Below are positions 14,299 to 27,689 of a stretch of 64,000 nucleotides of DNA, in pieces. The position numbers and the translations under genes are program-made. The stretch covers positions 380,990,001-381,054,000 of the forward strand of contig OZ024740.1 in assembly GCA_964016885.1 (NCBI GenBank), read 5' to 3'. The notes beneath the pieces were generated by a model. It had not been told where the DNA came from. It did not search any database and was given only the letters and a program-made list of their open reading frames with translations. This DNA is from Eledone cirrhosa (Eukaryota). The stretch's first letter is position 1. Every line of letters begins with the position of its first letter.

Positions 14299-14880
14299 GT
14301 ATATCTACTAACATATATATACAGATGCATACCTATGCCAGCAAATATACAGGTTTTGTCTTAGTAACTTTGTGGTTTAATGCAACCACAAAGTTACTAA
14401 GACAAAACCTATATATTTGCTGGCATAGGTATGCATCTGTATATATATGTTAGTAGATATACTAATTCTTTATAATTATCTCCAAATTATTTTGTCGAGC
14501 CAAAATTGGCCAACACAGCTACTATAGTTCATAGTAACGGTTCGGCTGCTGTCTTCTTAACAAAACACTCCTCACTGATTAACCTCGATGTCACGTGATT
14601 GATTCTTTTGAATTTGCCACCGACGCAGTAGGCAGTGATTTTTTCAATGGCTTGGAACTTAGTCCACGCTTTGCTTTTTTCCATCCACTGAATTATTTTT
14701 GTATAAGTTCCCTGTGTCCACGCATTGCCTGGAAACTTAGCTGAGAATAGACTTCCCTGATGACGAAAGGCTTCTCCGTACGTTTCTTCGGAAACTATGT
14801 TTATTCCCTTTCAGAAACTAATTAGTTGGAGCGAAATTTTAGTAAGTAAGTTAATTTTTATAATTTTCTTATTTTACGTC

Positions 14881-14884
<4 letters not shown>
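14294..14884 (+). mobile_element. ORF-less pLTR/retrozyme-like unit (family B) with an 84-bp 5' foldback
   Basis: 14294-14377 is inverted relative to 14384-14467; homologous to the 557-bp unit at 46.5-48.3 kb; flanked by (TA)n. Confidence 0.8.
14753..14831 (+). ncRNA. Type I HHR, family B
   Basis: UUCC-CUGAUGA-C-GAAAGG..CCUUUC-A-GAAA-CUAAUUAG-UU-GGAG; palindromic stem III. Confidence 0.8.
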
Positions 14885-14924
<40 letters not shown>

Positions 14925-16130
14925 AGGAGTTGACGAACTCATCTCCGCCTTTCTTGACTCCATCCTCGCCCACCCACCCTCGTCACCTCCCCTCCCACAT
15001 CTCCAACACCAACCACACCCTTCGCCTATTCGACTCTTTCACCTTCCCACCCGACCCACAGCCCTTCCTCTTCACCCTATATATCAAGTCGCTCTATACA
15101 GTCATCCCCCACGCTGACGGCCTACGTGCCCTCAAGCACTACCTCGACCTTCGCTCCTCCCTCATCTCCTCCACCCCACCCTCCTTCGCCTCGCCGAGAT
15201 GGTCCTCACCCTCAACTGTTTCTCCTTCTCGGGTGAGTTTTACCAACAGGTCACGGGGGTAGCCATGGGCACAAAAATGGGCCCAAACTATACCAACCTT
15301 TTCGTTGGCCATGTTGAGGCCCAAATCTTTGCCCAGTACACCGGCCCCACGCCCGAACTGTACGGTCGTTACATCGACGACTGTATCGGAGCCACGACCC
15401 TCACCCGAGAACAGCTCGACTCCTTTCTCTCCTTCTGCTCCTTCCACGCCTCCCTCCACTTCACCACCTCTATCTCCACCACCCACGTCCACTTCTTAGA
15501 CATCTCCGTCGCCTTCGACCCCTCCCACCACTCCCTCGTCACCTCCGCCTTCTTCAAACCCACCTCCTCCCACTCCTACCTCGACTTCACCTCCTCCCAC
15601 CCTACACACACTAAACACTCTATTCCCTACTCCCAACTCCTCAGGATCCGCCGCCTCTGTAGCCGAGATGCTGACTTTGAGTCCCAGGCCCTTTCCCTAG
15701 TCAGCCATTTCATCCGCAGAGGTTACCCCCCTCCCTCGTCCACACCGCCCTCACTCGCGCCCGTGCTGTCCACCGCTCCACCACCCTCACCCCAGGCCAC
15801 CGCACACCCACCCACCGTCTCCCCTTCCCCATCACCTACCACCACTCCACCCTACCCCTCCACCGCACCATCCTCAGCCTCTTCCGACGGTTCCAGTCCG
15901 ACCCCTAAACCTCCCACATCTTCCCAGCCCCACCACTCCCCTCCTACAAACGCGCACGCAATCTCCGCACCCTCCTCGTCCGCAGCTCTCTACCCCCCGG
16001 TTCCCTTCCCTGTTCCAGGCCTCGTTGCAACACCTGTCCCCATATCGCCAACACCACCACCTTCCAGGGTCCCAACGGCCACTCACTCTCTCTGTCCGGC
16101 ACGCCTTCCGCTGCACCTCCTCCAACTTAG
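14925..16130 (+). mobile_element. Truncated PLE RT fragment, C-rich family
   Basis: LFTLYIKSLYTVIPH, GVAMGTKMGPNYTNLF, YGRYIDD, FLDI, SIPYSQLLRIRRLCS; between TA tracts. Confidence 0.85.
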
Positions 16131-16143
16131 TCTATATATATAT

Positions 16144-16370
16144 ATTTATTAAAATAACAGATTAAAGTTTAAGCAAAGAATCGCTGCTTTCACCCCTAAT
16201 GGGATGTTCTGAGTTTCAGAAGATCCCGTTAAGGGTGAAAGCAACGATTCTTTGCTTAAACTTTAATGTTATTTTAATAAATATTTGCTCTACGGTTCTT
16301 ATATATTTGATATATATTTATCCTTATCGAGCCCTCTTTGGATTTTAGTCTTCAAATTTATTATTATTAC
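16144..16370 (+). mobile_element. Solo pLTR (family C) with inverted 5' arm
   Basis: 16144-16211 is inverted relative to 16217-16282; matches 52223-52290 and 48954-49128. Confidence 0.8.
16212..16262 (+). ncRNA. Type I HHR-like motif with CAGAAGA core (family C); second copy 52223-52273
   Basis: AGUUU-CAGAAGA-U-CCC/GGG-U-GAAA-GCAA/UUGC-UU-AAACU. Confidence 0.65.
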
Positions 16371-16388
16371 TATATATATATATATATA

Positions 16389-16992
16389 TTGTTATGTTCT
16401 GGGAGGGTCATGTTGCCAATAAGAAACACACGCACCAGTTGCTTTCACTTCAATTTATTATAAATTAAATTTATAAATTTAGGAATTTATAAATTTCCGG
16501 TTGGCTGGTTGCTTCCACAACCAGACGATTGTTCATATATTGTCAAAGTTCTTTCGTCACACATTATGTGACCTCTTCAGTGACTGGGGATTCCTTTCTT
16601 TGTTTTTGTGCCTCTCCTTTGTTCTGTCCTACGCCATCTTGTTTTTGTGTGTGCTGTGTGCTTAGTTTGCGCATGTGTTACATCCGGGTGCCTGTGTGTG
16701 TTAATATTTGTTTATTTATTTGTTTATTTACATGTTACTGGTTGGTTGTTTGTTCTATGTATGTGTGTGTTTTCATTTTGTCCTTAATTGGGCTGGTTTT
16801 TTGTTCTATGTATGTGTATGTTTTCATTTTGTCCTTAATTGTAAGTTGTGATGTTGCTGTTCCATTCATGAATGGAACAGCAACATCACAACTTACAATT
16901 AAGGACAAAATGAAAACACACACACACATAGAACAAACAACCAACCAGTAACATGTAAATAAACAAATAAATAAACAAATATAAACACACAC
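16389..16992 (-). mobile_element. Minus-strand 3' end of PLE family D, with foldback centred near 16869
   Basis: Reverse complement of about 18890-19416; palindrome centre ccattcatgaatgg; minus-strand HHR at 16541-16585. Confidence 0.8.
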
Positions 16993-17623
16993 CCGTCTGT
17001 TTCTTTCTTACTGCTCCCCCTTTCTCTGTATCTTTCACTTTCTTTTTACCCCCTCTGCCAGTCACTCTCTCAGTTAGCCTCTTCCTCACACTTTCACTCA
17101 CTCACTCTCTGCTACTCCCTCTCCATCACTTCCTCCCGTTTGACCTATGCGAAATCCTTTTCTCGCTCACATTTCAACCAGGTTGGATTTACGATTTCAC
17201 AGAACTTATGTTCATCGATTTCAGGGACTTGACTCCTTCTTCCGCACTTTTCGTTGCATTACCATCTTTGTTTGTTTACATGTTCACTCGTTCCCCCTAT
17301 TTACGTGTCCCAACGACTTTCTTTAGCCATTGCTCGCACCAACCAGAGGTATATGATCTTTAAAGCGATGAAATACCAATGAAGGCTGGAAGATCACTGA
17401 TGAAGGACTAATTTTATTCATATATATATATATATATAAGTGTAAGTGTGTATGTACACGTACATACATATATGTATACAGACGTAGAGTAGTATGTATA
17501 TATATACATGCACACTTATATATATGTACGTATGGGTTTACCGAACATTTATTATAATGTTCGGTTTGTTTGAATACGTCTGTATACATATATATATGTA
17601 CGTGTACATACATACTTACAATT

Positions 17624-19411
17624 AAATTTAATGGTAAAACATATGCCCAAGAGGAAGGAGCAGCCATTGGTGTTAGCATTGCAGGCGACATAGCTAACTT
17701 ATTCATGGTATGGTGGGACAGTAGACTTAAACAAAAACTTAATGAACAATTAAAAGACAGCTTAACCCTGATAATGTACTCCCGCTACGTAGATGATATA
17801 AACATCGTAGTTAAGACACCCCCACTAAAGAACAGTCAGGAACCAGAGAAAAACACAATGGAAAGCATCCAGCAAATAGCAAACTCCATCCACCAGAGCA
17901 TTAGAGTTACTATAGACTACCCAAGTAGACACCCCAACCATCGATTACCTGTACTAGACACAGAGCTCTGGTTAGATACTATTAACAACCAAAAACAAAT
18001 CCCCCATTCCCATTATGCCAAACCCATGACTTCCAAACATCTGATCCACCGAAACTCGGCCATTTCGGACCATACCAAAATCAACATACTGATTGCGGAT
18101 TTGGTACGGGTGATGAGAAATGTGTCCCGCATGTGCAACCCCGAAGAACTAGAGAGACACATACAACACTTCATCCACCGTATGCAGTTCTCTGGCTACA
18201 ATCAGAGAGATAGAATCAGAGTGTATAAAGGAGCCAGAACCAAATAGGAAAAAATGGTAAATAATGACATAAATGGGACCTGCCCCTTGTATAGGAGCAA
18301 ATTTTGGAATAGAATAGAAAGAACTAAGAACAAGGCCAATAGAATAAACTCATGCTATGATAGCAATAAATACCAGAGTGTAATGTTCATCAATACAACC
18401 CCTAGAGGCGAACTAGCCTACAAATTTAGAAGGGCCCTAAAGAAACATAATCTCAATATTAAGATAGTAGAAAGACCTGGTACCTCCGTAAAAACACTTA
18501 TTAGCAAGACATACCCGTTCCAAAGACCCTCATGTATAGATAAGAAATGTATAACCTGTAAAATAAGCCCCCATATTAACTGTAAAACTAGAAATGTAGT
18601 ATATAGCATAAGATGTACTGAAGGACAATGTAGAAACAAAAATATAGTGTACATAGGTGAGACAGCTCGTAGTATAGGGGAACGAATAAATGAACACTGG
18701 CGAGACCTCCAAGATAGTAAAGAATCATTAGTGCTCTACCAACATGCTAAGATAGAACACAGGGGTAAATTAGAGAGCATAGAAATAAAAATAGAATCCA
18801 CACACAAGAAAGACGCAATGTTTAGGCAAATTACAGAGGCAGTAAGCATAAAAGAATTAAAACCAAAATTAAATAGAAAATATGAGTGGAACAGCAACAT
18901 CACAACTTACAATTAAGGACAAAATGAAAACACACACACACACATAGAACAAACAACTTACAATTGAAAACACACACAAAATGAAAACACACACAAGACA
19001 AAATGAAAACACCCACACACATAGAACAAACAACCAACCAACAATAAATAAATAAATAAACAAACAAATATAAATAGAAAAATAGAAAAATGAACACAAA
19101 CACACACAGACACCCGGATGTGGCGCATGCGCAAACTGAGCACGCAACCCACACACAAACAAAATGGCGTAGGATAGAAGAAAGGAAAGGCACAGAAACG
19201 AAGAAAGAAATCCCCAGTCACTGAAGAGGTCACAGAGTGTGTGACGAAAGAACTATGACTATATATATATAAACAACTATCTGGTTGTGGAACCAACCAA
19301 CCAACCAGAAATTTATAAATTTGTAAATTTATAAATATATAATAAATTAAATTGAAGTGAAAGCAACTGGTGCGTGTGTTTCTTATTGGCAACATGACCC
19401 TCCCAAAGTAT

Positions 19412-19416
<5 letters not shown>
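17624..19416 (+). mobile_element. 5'-truncated PLE (family D, related to family A): RT C-terminal half + GIY-YIG + pLTR
   Basis: GAAIG, YSRYVDD, LPVLD, NVVYSIRC, YIGETARSIGERINEH; one TAG at 18245; ends at (TA)n. Confidence 0.9.
19216..19260 (+). ncRNA. Minimal type I HHR, family D
   Basis: AGUCA-CUGAAGA-G-GUCACA/UGUGAC-GAAA-GAAC-UA-UGACU. Confidence 0.8.
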
Positions 19417-19505
<89 letters not shown>

Positions 19506-19789
19506 AATGAATAATAACAGGTAGACATCATAAAAAGGTAATTTATTCCGTGTGCTTACAAGTGTTTCCACGGTGGTACTGCAGCCTAGTTATGCTACGT
19601 GCAAATTCACAAGTACTTGCAGAACTCAAATATCCAATGCTGTGACCACTGTTTCCTCAGAGCAGAATGGTAAAATGTACAATGTAAAAACCCTTAAGTG
19701 GGGTTGTTGGGGAAGATAGAGTAGAAAAGGAAGAGAGAAAAGTAGGGAAGAGGGAGAGAGAAAGAAAGATATGCAGGGGTTGGAGAAGT

Positions 19790-20110
19790 AGGAGAGAGTG
19801 GCTTGCAGATATCTTAATCAAAATGTTATGGTAGGGGTTTTATTATACTGGTTACTTTTGGAGAGATGCGTTGATAGTTAAGGTCGGAATTATTTATTGC
19901 CCCAGAGGGCAGGTTCATAGATGTTGAGAGGGAGGTAGGCCAAAGGCGAGAGAGATAGAGTGTAATGGATGTAGAGAGAGATAGGTAGAGAGGGGACAGA
20001 CAAAGTTTGTGTGGTGAGTGAACTTTGGGTTTGTAGTAGTAATCTAGGAATTGCACTGAGTTACCATGTATAGTGATAAGCAGTGTATTGTCTTGTAGTG
20101 TGGGGGGAAG
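19790..20110 (-). mobile_element. Possible decayed PLE RT-thumb remnant
   Basis: Minus-strand QFLD..YYKP resembles the PLE thumb motif. Confidence 0.3.
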
Positions 20111-20279
20111 AGAATGTTGTTAGCTAGAAAGCGGTGTTATAGTTACGGGTTCGAATGTTAAATTATTTTATAATGAGAGAATTTAGCTTTTAGTTTGTGG
20201 TTGCAGTATAATGATCGTTCAATTCTATCGTTAAGTGGTTTGTTTTTGGATTTTAATATGTAAAAGAGCTCAAGGTTAC

Positions 20280-21690
20280 ATAACCTGCAGTACTTCAATC
20301 CACTCCGATATGCACTTGCGCTGGAAAGTATATCCCATTTTTAGGTGAACTGTTGGTTGTGTTCACGGAGTTGCCAGGTCTTGTTGGCGAGCGTGGTCAC
20401 AAAACGGTGATTCGGATGTTTGATTGAGAATAGGAAACTTTACAAATGCTGTTTTCGTCGGACCAACTCCTAAACAAGAAAGATGAACTGGTTACTGCAT
20501 GTAAACATAGATTGCGTAGGACTTACCTCGCCCTCAAACCCCATAATGACCCGGGGGGGGGGGGGTAGACTAGGGCTATAACACCCCACTTGCCGATTTT
20601 GCAATGGGTAACCCCTGCTTGCCAAGGGAGACGTAAGATCTTCTTTGTATTCTTTTATCGCTTCCTTTATTTCCTTCCCCCCTCTCTCCTTAGTCCTTCT
20701 ACCCCAGCTCTTCTCCTTTGTCGGCGTCTTTTCTCGCCCACCCGAGGCTGCCCTTTGGCCCCTTGTAGCCTTAGTACCCCCACCCTCTCCCCTAGTCTAT
20801 GATAGATTTGGCGGACTCCGCCCTTTATAGCAGTTGGTTTAGACCCCGGATACTTGTCCCCTTTTTCCGACCGCTCCCACTATTCTCTGTGCCCTCTATA
20901 TTTCTTAGTGGCACTTATGCCTTATTTTTTCGTTTCAGTATTTCTTTCTTCGCTTTTCTTTTGGGCGGGGTGGATTCTGAATTTATTTTTCCGTTTTCTA
21001 CCCTTACTTCGTACGAACTTTCATGTAGCTTGTTTTAGATCTTTTAGAGTTAGCATTAGTATATATTTTTCTCGGGACTCAGAATTATTATCTCGTACTA
21101 GTTCACTTTGCTGCACTGGGTGGTTGCTGGCATTGTGCCCGGGATGGAAACCTTTATTGTTTATTTCGAGGTAGTCTCTTTAGTATTTTGGCCCCTTTTG
21201 TTGACCCGTCACCGTATCATTTACGTACTTATACCTCTTAAAAGGGTCCTTGCCTATTTCGTCCCACCTAGTTCTTTTACTTATTTCGTTATTTCTTTAT
21301 TTCTTTCCTTACTTCTTTCTTTCTTTCTTTATTTATTTATTTATTCTAGCCTAACAATAGCTAGAGACCTAGGTCGTAGAATTTAATTTACTTTACTTTT
21401 TTTCTTTACACTTATTTGCTTTTCTTCACTCTCAGTATTTTTTCTTTCCTATATATTTCTACCCCCCCCCCCATTGTTCTACCTACCGTTCCGACTTCCT
21501 CCCCCTCCACCTCCCCTGTATCTTCTTTGACCTCATGCCCAGCTGTAGCTGGCACTACCAACGCTTGATTGGGTCTACTCCACCCCTCCCTTCTTTCTCC
21601 TACTGGCAGGTTTAGCCACCATCTCCCTTACTAATTTGCAACCACAGAATTACTACTGATTTTTGACAATCACTTTGACCATATATGGAA
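20280..21690 (+). mobile_element. Decayed PLE 3' end (GIY-YIG C-terminus + pyrimidine-rich 3' UTR)
   Basis: LLNKKDELVTACKH near 20467-20508 resembles ILNKKSEAISACKH of the 50-51 kb PLE. Confidence 0.5.
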
Positions 21691-21691
21691 T

Positions 21692-21722
<31 letters not shown>

Positions 21723-22411
21723 CGTGTGTGCGTATGCCTGTGTATGGTTAAAGATATATATGAACAGATATTAAAATAGATATCGGTGGTGTCTCATACA
21801 CATATATTTGCCTATCATTTTCATGAGACGCTACCAGGCACAGCTCGTGTAATTAAGACGTTTTGGTATTAAAAAAGCATAGATATTGACTGTTCGTGAA
21901 CACATGAATGATCGTGGCATAGTGGTTGGGATATTGTGTTTATGATCATGGGATCGAGATTTCGATTCGCAGAGTAGGTGGAGCAATGTATTATTGAGCA
22001 AGGCACTGCATTTAACATTGTTCCTATTTGCTCAACTGAAAATTAGTACCAGTGACAGCTAGAGGATTAAAATGCATAAAACATGGCCTCGTCCAACACG
22101 TACAAGGATGGAAAAACGAACATATCTAACACAAACGAACATATCAAAGATTTATTTAGTATAAATATCTCAATTTTTTTAAAAATCGTTTTCTACATAC
22201 TGGAACTGTTAACAGAACTTGGTCACATTTCAACTACGTACATACATCCGAACGATTCAGAGATAATGCCAAGTCTTGTGAACTTCACTAATCTTCACTA
22301 AATACTGTGGAGATCAGTGGGTAACCATGACGTTATTATATTCTCAGGAAACGTCAGAATGAGAGGGAGAAAGAAAGAATCAATAAAAAACATTCCTCAC
22401 TTCTGTCTTAA

Positions 22412-22614
22412 CCCTTTAGTGCTTAAACCGGCCAAAACCGGCCAGAATTCTCTACCTCTTTCTGTTGAAACTGGCTGTAACTGGTCGCTCAAACTGATGT
22501 TGAGGTATTGTTCTCAAAATAAATGCTTTCAAAATCTCATGGATAATTATGTGCGGTAAAGCCTTTACCATGAAAATATAATAGTATATATAAAATAATG
22601 TGAATGCTAAAGAG
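22412..22614. mobile_element. piggyBac-like MITE
   Basis: TTAA on both sides; termini CCCTTTAG / CTAAAGAG form an imperfect TIR. Confidence 0.6.
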
Positions 22615-22859
22615 TTAACGTGGAATATGGTTCACACGATTGCCACAAATAACTGAAAACCCCGAGTTTAGTTTAACACATTAATCACTGTTTATCTACA
22701 CCATCGTCAATATTATTAGCTATTTTTAAGTCATTGTTATCTTCACAGAGGGGTTAGTCTTTGATATCATTACTGATTTCACATTTTTAATGCCTTGACT
22801 ATTATTTCTACTCACATGATAATTTCACGCACTGATGTACGTGCACATAGAGTTGCTTC

Positions 22860-23520
22860 AGTTCTTCTGTAAGAGATTACTAAATTGCAATCAGTCACCC
22901 ATTTGTTTCACACTTTTTATGTCAAACATTTTTACGTCTTGTTGTCTTAAACGTCCAATAGTTTTAAATGGGACGTCAAACCACCGAGTTTAATTGTTCG
23001 TTTAATTTACAATGGCTCATTTTTTTCTTTGTAGCTTCTATGTTATATATGGGCTTGGAATAGACCTTATACTAGTAATATTAGTTTCGTGGACACCATG
23101 GCCATAATTTCCCCAATCACAGTCACTCACCGCATTGCCTATTCATTCCTCCTAGTATTAGATGTAAACAAGCATTTTTTTTCCTTTCTGGCTTTGATTA
23201 CCTGTTTGAAACTACAAAATGTTCTGTGAAAATCATTGGGCTTTACTTTCATACCCTGTTTTTACCTGTTCATGAAACGATAACATCAGGATAATTATCC
23301 ACCAATTTCATCAGCTGATATATTTTCCTTTTCTACAAATCTCATTGCCTTGCATATCTTCATCTTTGTTGAAAATACGTATTGCGTTCTTTATTGACTG
23401 AGTACCCATAATTTTATGACTTCCTCCACTTGTGAGAATTTTTCTTCTTTATGATGAAGTCCAGGTCTTTTCAGTCCCGTTTTCTTTAATGTATCCTCAT
23501 GTTTTTCTCTGTTCATGAAA
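22860..23520 (-). pseudogene. pogo/Tigger-type transposase relic
   Basis: Minus-strand FSQVEEVIKLWVLSQ..STKMKICKA..CYRFMNR (CENP-B-type HTH) and GGLTSHLKLLDV (DDE_1-like GGLTSxLQPLDV); many stops. Confidence 0.6.
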
Positions 23521-25316
23521 CATGTTTTCGGTTGGTGGTTGACGTGTTATTTGGCATGTTCAACAACCGGTAGCTTGTAAACAAAATGTATATGCTTGTC
23601 TCTTCTGCCTTGTTGCCATTGTTGCAGATGAGTATTGACAGCTGAATAACTAAACTGACAGCTAATGTAATGGTGTCTACATCGGTGGTACTTCAGCCTG
23701 CCTAGACATAGCATTTGGGGCATCTAAATTAGCAATTCACCATAAACCACATCAATCAAATGTAGTTCTATTACCGGTGCCAGTATACCATTATAAACTG
23801 TTTAGTAGTTACCAGCAATACATTACAAAACTATAAAATATGATAATCATTGTATTGTGATATATATATTAGATGTGAATTGTGACTGTGTAATCAGGGT
23901 ACGAGACTGGGTTCAGCTGTCAAACTCCACTCTACAACTTAACCTTTTAGTGATAAAACGTAAGGTAATTTGGCATGGATTCTTTCTTCAGGAAAGCCTA
24001 CCTCATATGAGCCGGAAAATACGGTATGTAGTTTCCAGTATATTTAGATATTTACACATATTTCATTTACCTTTAAATCAAGTTGTCGAGTGTACTATTA
24101 TTGTATTGACATTCATATATCAATAACATATAACATTGTATATACTGCAAGATGTAATTTAAAATGAGTGCGCGTGATTGTGTTAATTTGTGTGAGATAA
24201 ACAGCTATAATATATCTGAACTACGTTTTCGCTCGAGAGATCATTCAGTCAACCGGGCATGTCAATGTCTTAGAAAGAAGAAAATAGGATGACTTTAAAC
24301 ACTGTTGTATGTCATGCACCAGGAAGCAGGTCCTCTTTTGAAGCTCTCGTGGGAGAGCTGGAGCATGTAGTGGCAAATTGAAATCAGTTCGCACTTTTCC
24401 ATTTGTAAATTGAATAAGATGGGAAGTTTCACGTGAAAACAGGTCGCAGCAATTTGTTCCGTTCTAAAATGTCTACACTTTATCCAGTACTGTCGATGGG
24501 ATATTGATAGTCACTCCCTTATCTTTCGATTTCCAAGTGTCCTTTGAAATTGCAGTAAAGTTTCTATGTTTACTATGACGTAACTAGTTGTACTCATGCA
24601 TGGACCTTTGAAGGTGTGCTCTATGAGCGTTATGTAACTTAATATAATTGCATGATGTACAATGTTTTAGGCTAGATATTTTCACTTTGGATAGCAAAGG
24701 CCTATATTTCTTCAAGTGTATGTTAACTACCTACGTTTTAGGTTTTCTTTCAATATGTTTGCACTTTGGCTGTAACAGAAATATAGGTTTTCATGCAGCT
24801 GTTAATTTTGTTTGTTAAACATCCTGAGGAAATTATGGTTGCTCGGGAAATATTCATCAAATAGAGAGACGAAATGTTTTTAACATTTAGCTTTTACACT
24901 AATTAGGTTTTTCTTTTTTCTAAATAAAATTTTTTCTTTCTTTTCTCTTCTTGGTATTCTAATATCTAGACAACGTTGACAAGTACATTTGGTAGTATTC
25001 CTTGTTTACACAGCAATATATTCCACCAATCGTTTGACTTGACAATGGATTCATGTGAGACGATGTTACTATAGTTATTAGTTTAGTCACTATAACTGAT
25101 ATTGCTACTACTACAGCTATCATTTGTGTTACTACTAGTTTTCAGGAATGGAAAACAAGCACTATAGATATAATATGTTTCGTTATCATGGATGTCATTC
25201 TGCTTTGATTCCACGGCGGATGGCCTATTTTACGTAGATCAATAAAGTAATAAGTTTAAGGAAATATACATGAACTTGAAACAGACAAACTCTTCCAGTT
25301 AACTGCATGTATAAAA

Positions 25317-25507
25317 TAATTGTTTCTACTTTTGGCACAAGGCCAGCAATTACTCAGTACATTACTGGTACTTTATTTTATCGACCCCGTAAGGATGAAA
25401 GGCAAAGTTAACCTCGGCGGGATTTGAACTTAGACCATAAAGGGACGTAACTCTTTGCTGCAAAGCATGGCGTCCGACCCTCTACCGATACTGCCAATTC
25501 ACCACCC
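25317..25507 (-). mobile_element. tRNA-derived SINE, dominant family
   Basis: Reverse complement of the 25953 and 39745 copies; flanking catgtataaaataat duplication. Confidence 0.85.
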
Positions 25508-25947
25508 ATGTATAAAATAATTGTTTCTACTTTAGGCACAAGGCCAGACCCATGTATAAAATAATGAAAACATTTTTCAGTAAAAATTATTTGATATAAT
25601 TTCATTTGCTTTACAAGCTCAAGGAAAGTGGTCTCATTGATATTGCACTTACCAAAGACTTTTTAAGCAAGTCACAATGACATGGGAAAATAAGAAATTC
25701 TTCTTCATATTTTTACATGCATATTCATATATCTTTATATTTCTACAAACATCTATGAATATATTATTTCATGCAATATCTATATTGATTGAATTGATAA
25801 ACTGAAAAGTTTTTAGATGAAACGAAAACAAAGTTATTGCTCGTCACTATTCGACAATTTCAGGCAATATGCAACATAATCAACTAGAAACTTTATTTAT
25901 GCCTTGTGACTTGTAAGTTGAGACGGTTTTATTATAGCTATATCTTC

Positions 25948-26134
25948 AATAACGGTGAATTGGCAGTATCGGTAGAGGGTTGGACGCCATGCTTTCTAGC
26001 ATAGTTACGTCCTTTTACAGTCTGAGTTCAAATCCCGCCGAGGTTAACTTTGCCTTTCATCCTTACGGGGTCGATAAAATAAAGTACCAGTAATGTACTA
26101 GGTAATTGCTGGCCTTGTGCTTAAAGTAGAAACA
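25948..26134 (+). mobile_element. tRNA-derived SINE with 17-bp TSD attatagctatatcttc
   Basis: A-box-like tggcagtatcgg, B-box gagttcaaatcc, core ttcatccttacggggtcgataaaataaagtacc; TSD at 25931-25947 and 26135-26151. Confidence 0.9.
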
Positions 26135-26619
26135 ATTATAGCTATATCTTCTATTGAAGACGAAATGCATGATAACCTTGCTGTATATTTGCAACGTCAA
26201 GGATTATTTTTAAATGTTTGTCTCGTGTTAAATGATGCAATAAAATGCAATAGTAGCAGAACATGCTCAGATAAATACTAATCACTGTGATTCACAATCA
26301 ACATAACATACTCCTCTATCACAGCCTTATTACAATTATTCTCATCATATGACTGCCATTAAAAATTATACGAATGCTTCTTTTCTTTAGATTTATTTTA
26401 TAAAATAGTCAAGAAATCGCCGTCATTCATATAGAAAAAATGCTGATCTAATTTTAGGTCATCAGGTACAATTCTTATAACATTTACATCTGTTTCAGAT
26501 TCTACTCAAAAGTCAACTGTTACAGCTACAATAAATAATAAAGATGTTGACATTTTAATTGTTTCAGGAAGTGCAGAAAAAAAGCGTTATTCGCTGCGTC
26601 TAACAGTTTGATATCCCCA

Positions 26620-26790
26620 AATAAGTGTTTCTATTTTTTGGCAAAAGTCCAGCAATTACCCCAATGCATTACTGGTGCTTTATTTCATCGACCTCGTAAG
26701 GATGAAAGGTAAAGTTAACATCAGCGAGATTTGAACACATAACGTAAAGGGCCATAACTTTATGTTGCAAAGCATGGTGTCTGACGCTAT
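26620..26790 (-). mobile_element. SINE, dominant family (other copies: 34905-35115 +, 36645-36912 -, 40980-41163 -, 42407-42475 -)
   Basis: Same core and tail sequences. Confidence 0.8.
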
Positions 26791-27689
26791 CCAGGCGTAT
26801 ATACATATTTAGCTGTAGTTTTTTTTTCGCCTAAAATGTTCTCCCTTAGTACGTGCTACTCAATCACTGGAATGATATGTATTAACTTCCTATAGCCAAC
26901 GGAACAATGTAAAAAAATTTACATAGTGGTTATTGCTCGAGAGTAATCAAGGTTTACATTTGCTTACACATATCCATTGTTGCTGTAATACATTACATTC
27001 TTGATTCATTTATATGTTAACCAGAAATTCAAATTGTGTGCGGAGTGACCGAGGATTTCAGTTTATATCTTGAGAAGTATTCATGTTTTTTTCTCGAACT
27101 TGAAAATAAATCGAAACCGTAGAACTCTATACAATATGAATGATTAATACGATTATTATAATGCCACATTGTGGAAGTCTATGCAATTGCAGATCTTTAT
27201 ACACACAAGTGGGATTTAGTTCTCCTGAAATTCTTACACTCAATGTGATCACATTTATCGATCACGTCTTTTGCATCCCCTCAGAGAGTACAACAAATAT
27301 CACAGTTAAACCTCATTAGTTGATGACTGATGGAAGTGTTTTATTAACACTTCTATGTATGGTTCCTATCATTCTTTGCCGTCTCTGCTATCGTTCTTTG
27401 TCTATAGTAGATGGGTAATCCAATAATAACTGGGAAGACGTTGCACTTCCTTCTTGAAAACGTTTATGACCACGAAAAGGTATATTGCTCTAACAAGATT
27501 ACGAATGGTTAGCGTCGAAATGAATATTGTACGTAGTTACCTGGTTCAAAGAAACAGAATCGGTGAAAGTTCTGGTAAAAATAAAAGGGAGAATAAGCAG
27601 CATCTATTCGAGTTAGCAAGTTATTTTTATTTGTTGGGTCTGGAGAATAGGACAGTGTCCATGGAACTCACAGACCCCTTTTAAAAAGA

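Noticed and set aside
17360-17420. AGAUCA-CUGAUGA with upstream UGAUCU, possible type III HHR
   Set aside because: Cut by a TA tract before any GAAA; incomplete
25948-26040. tRNA gene
   Set aside because: A/B boxes belong to multi-copy SINE heads; no full cloverleaf
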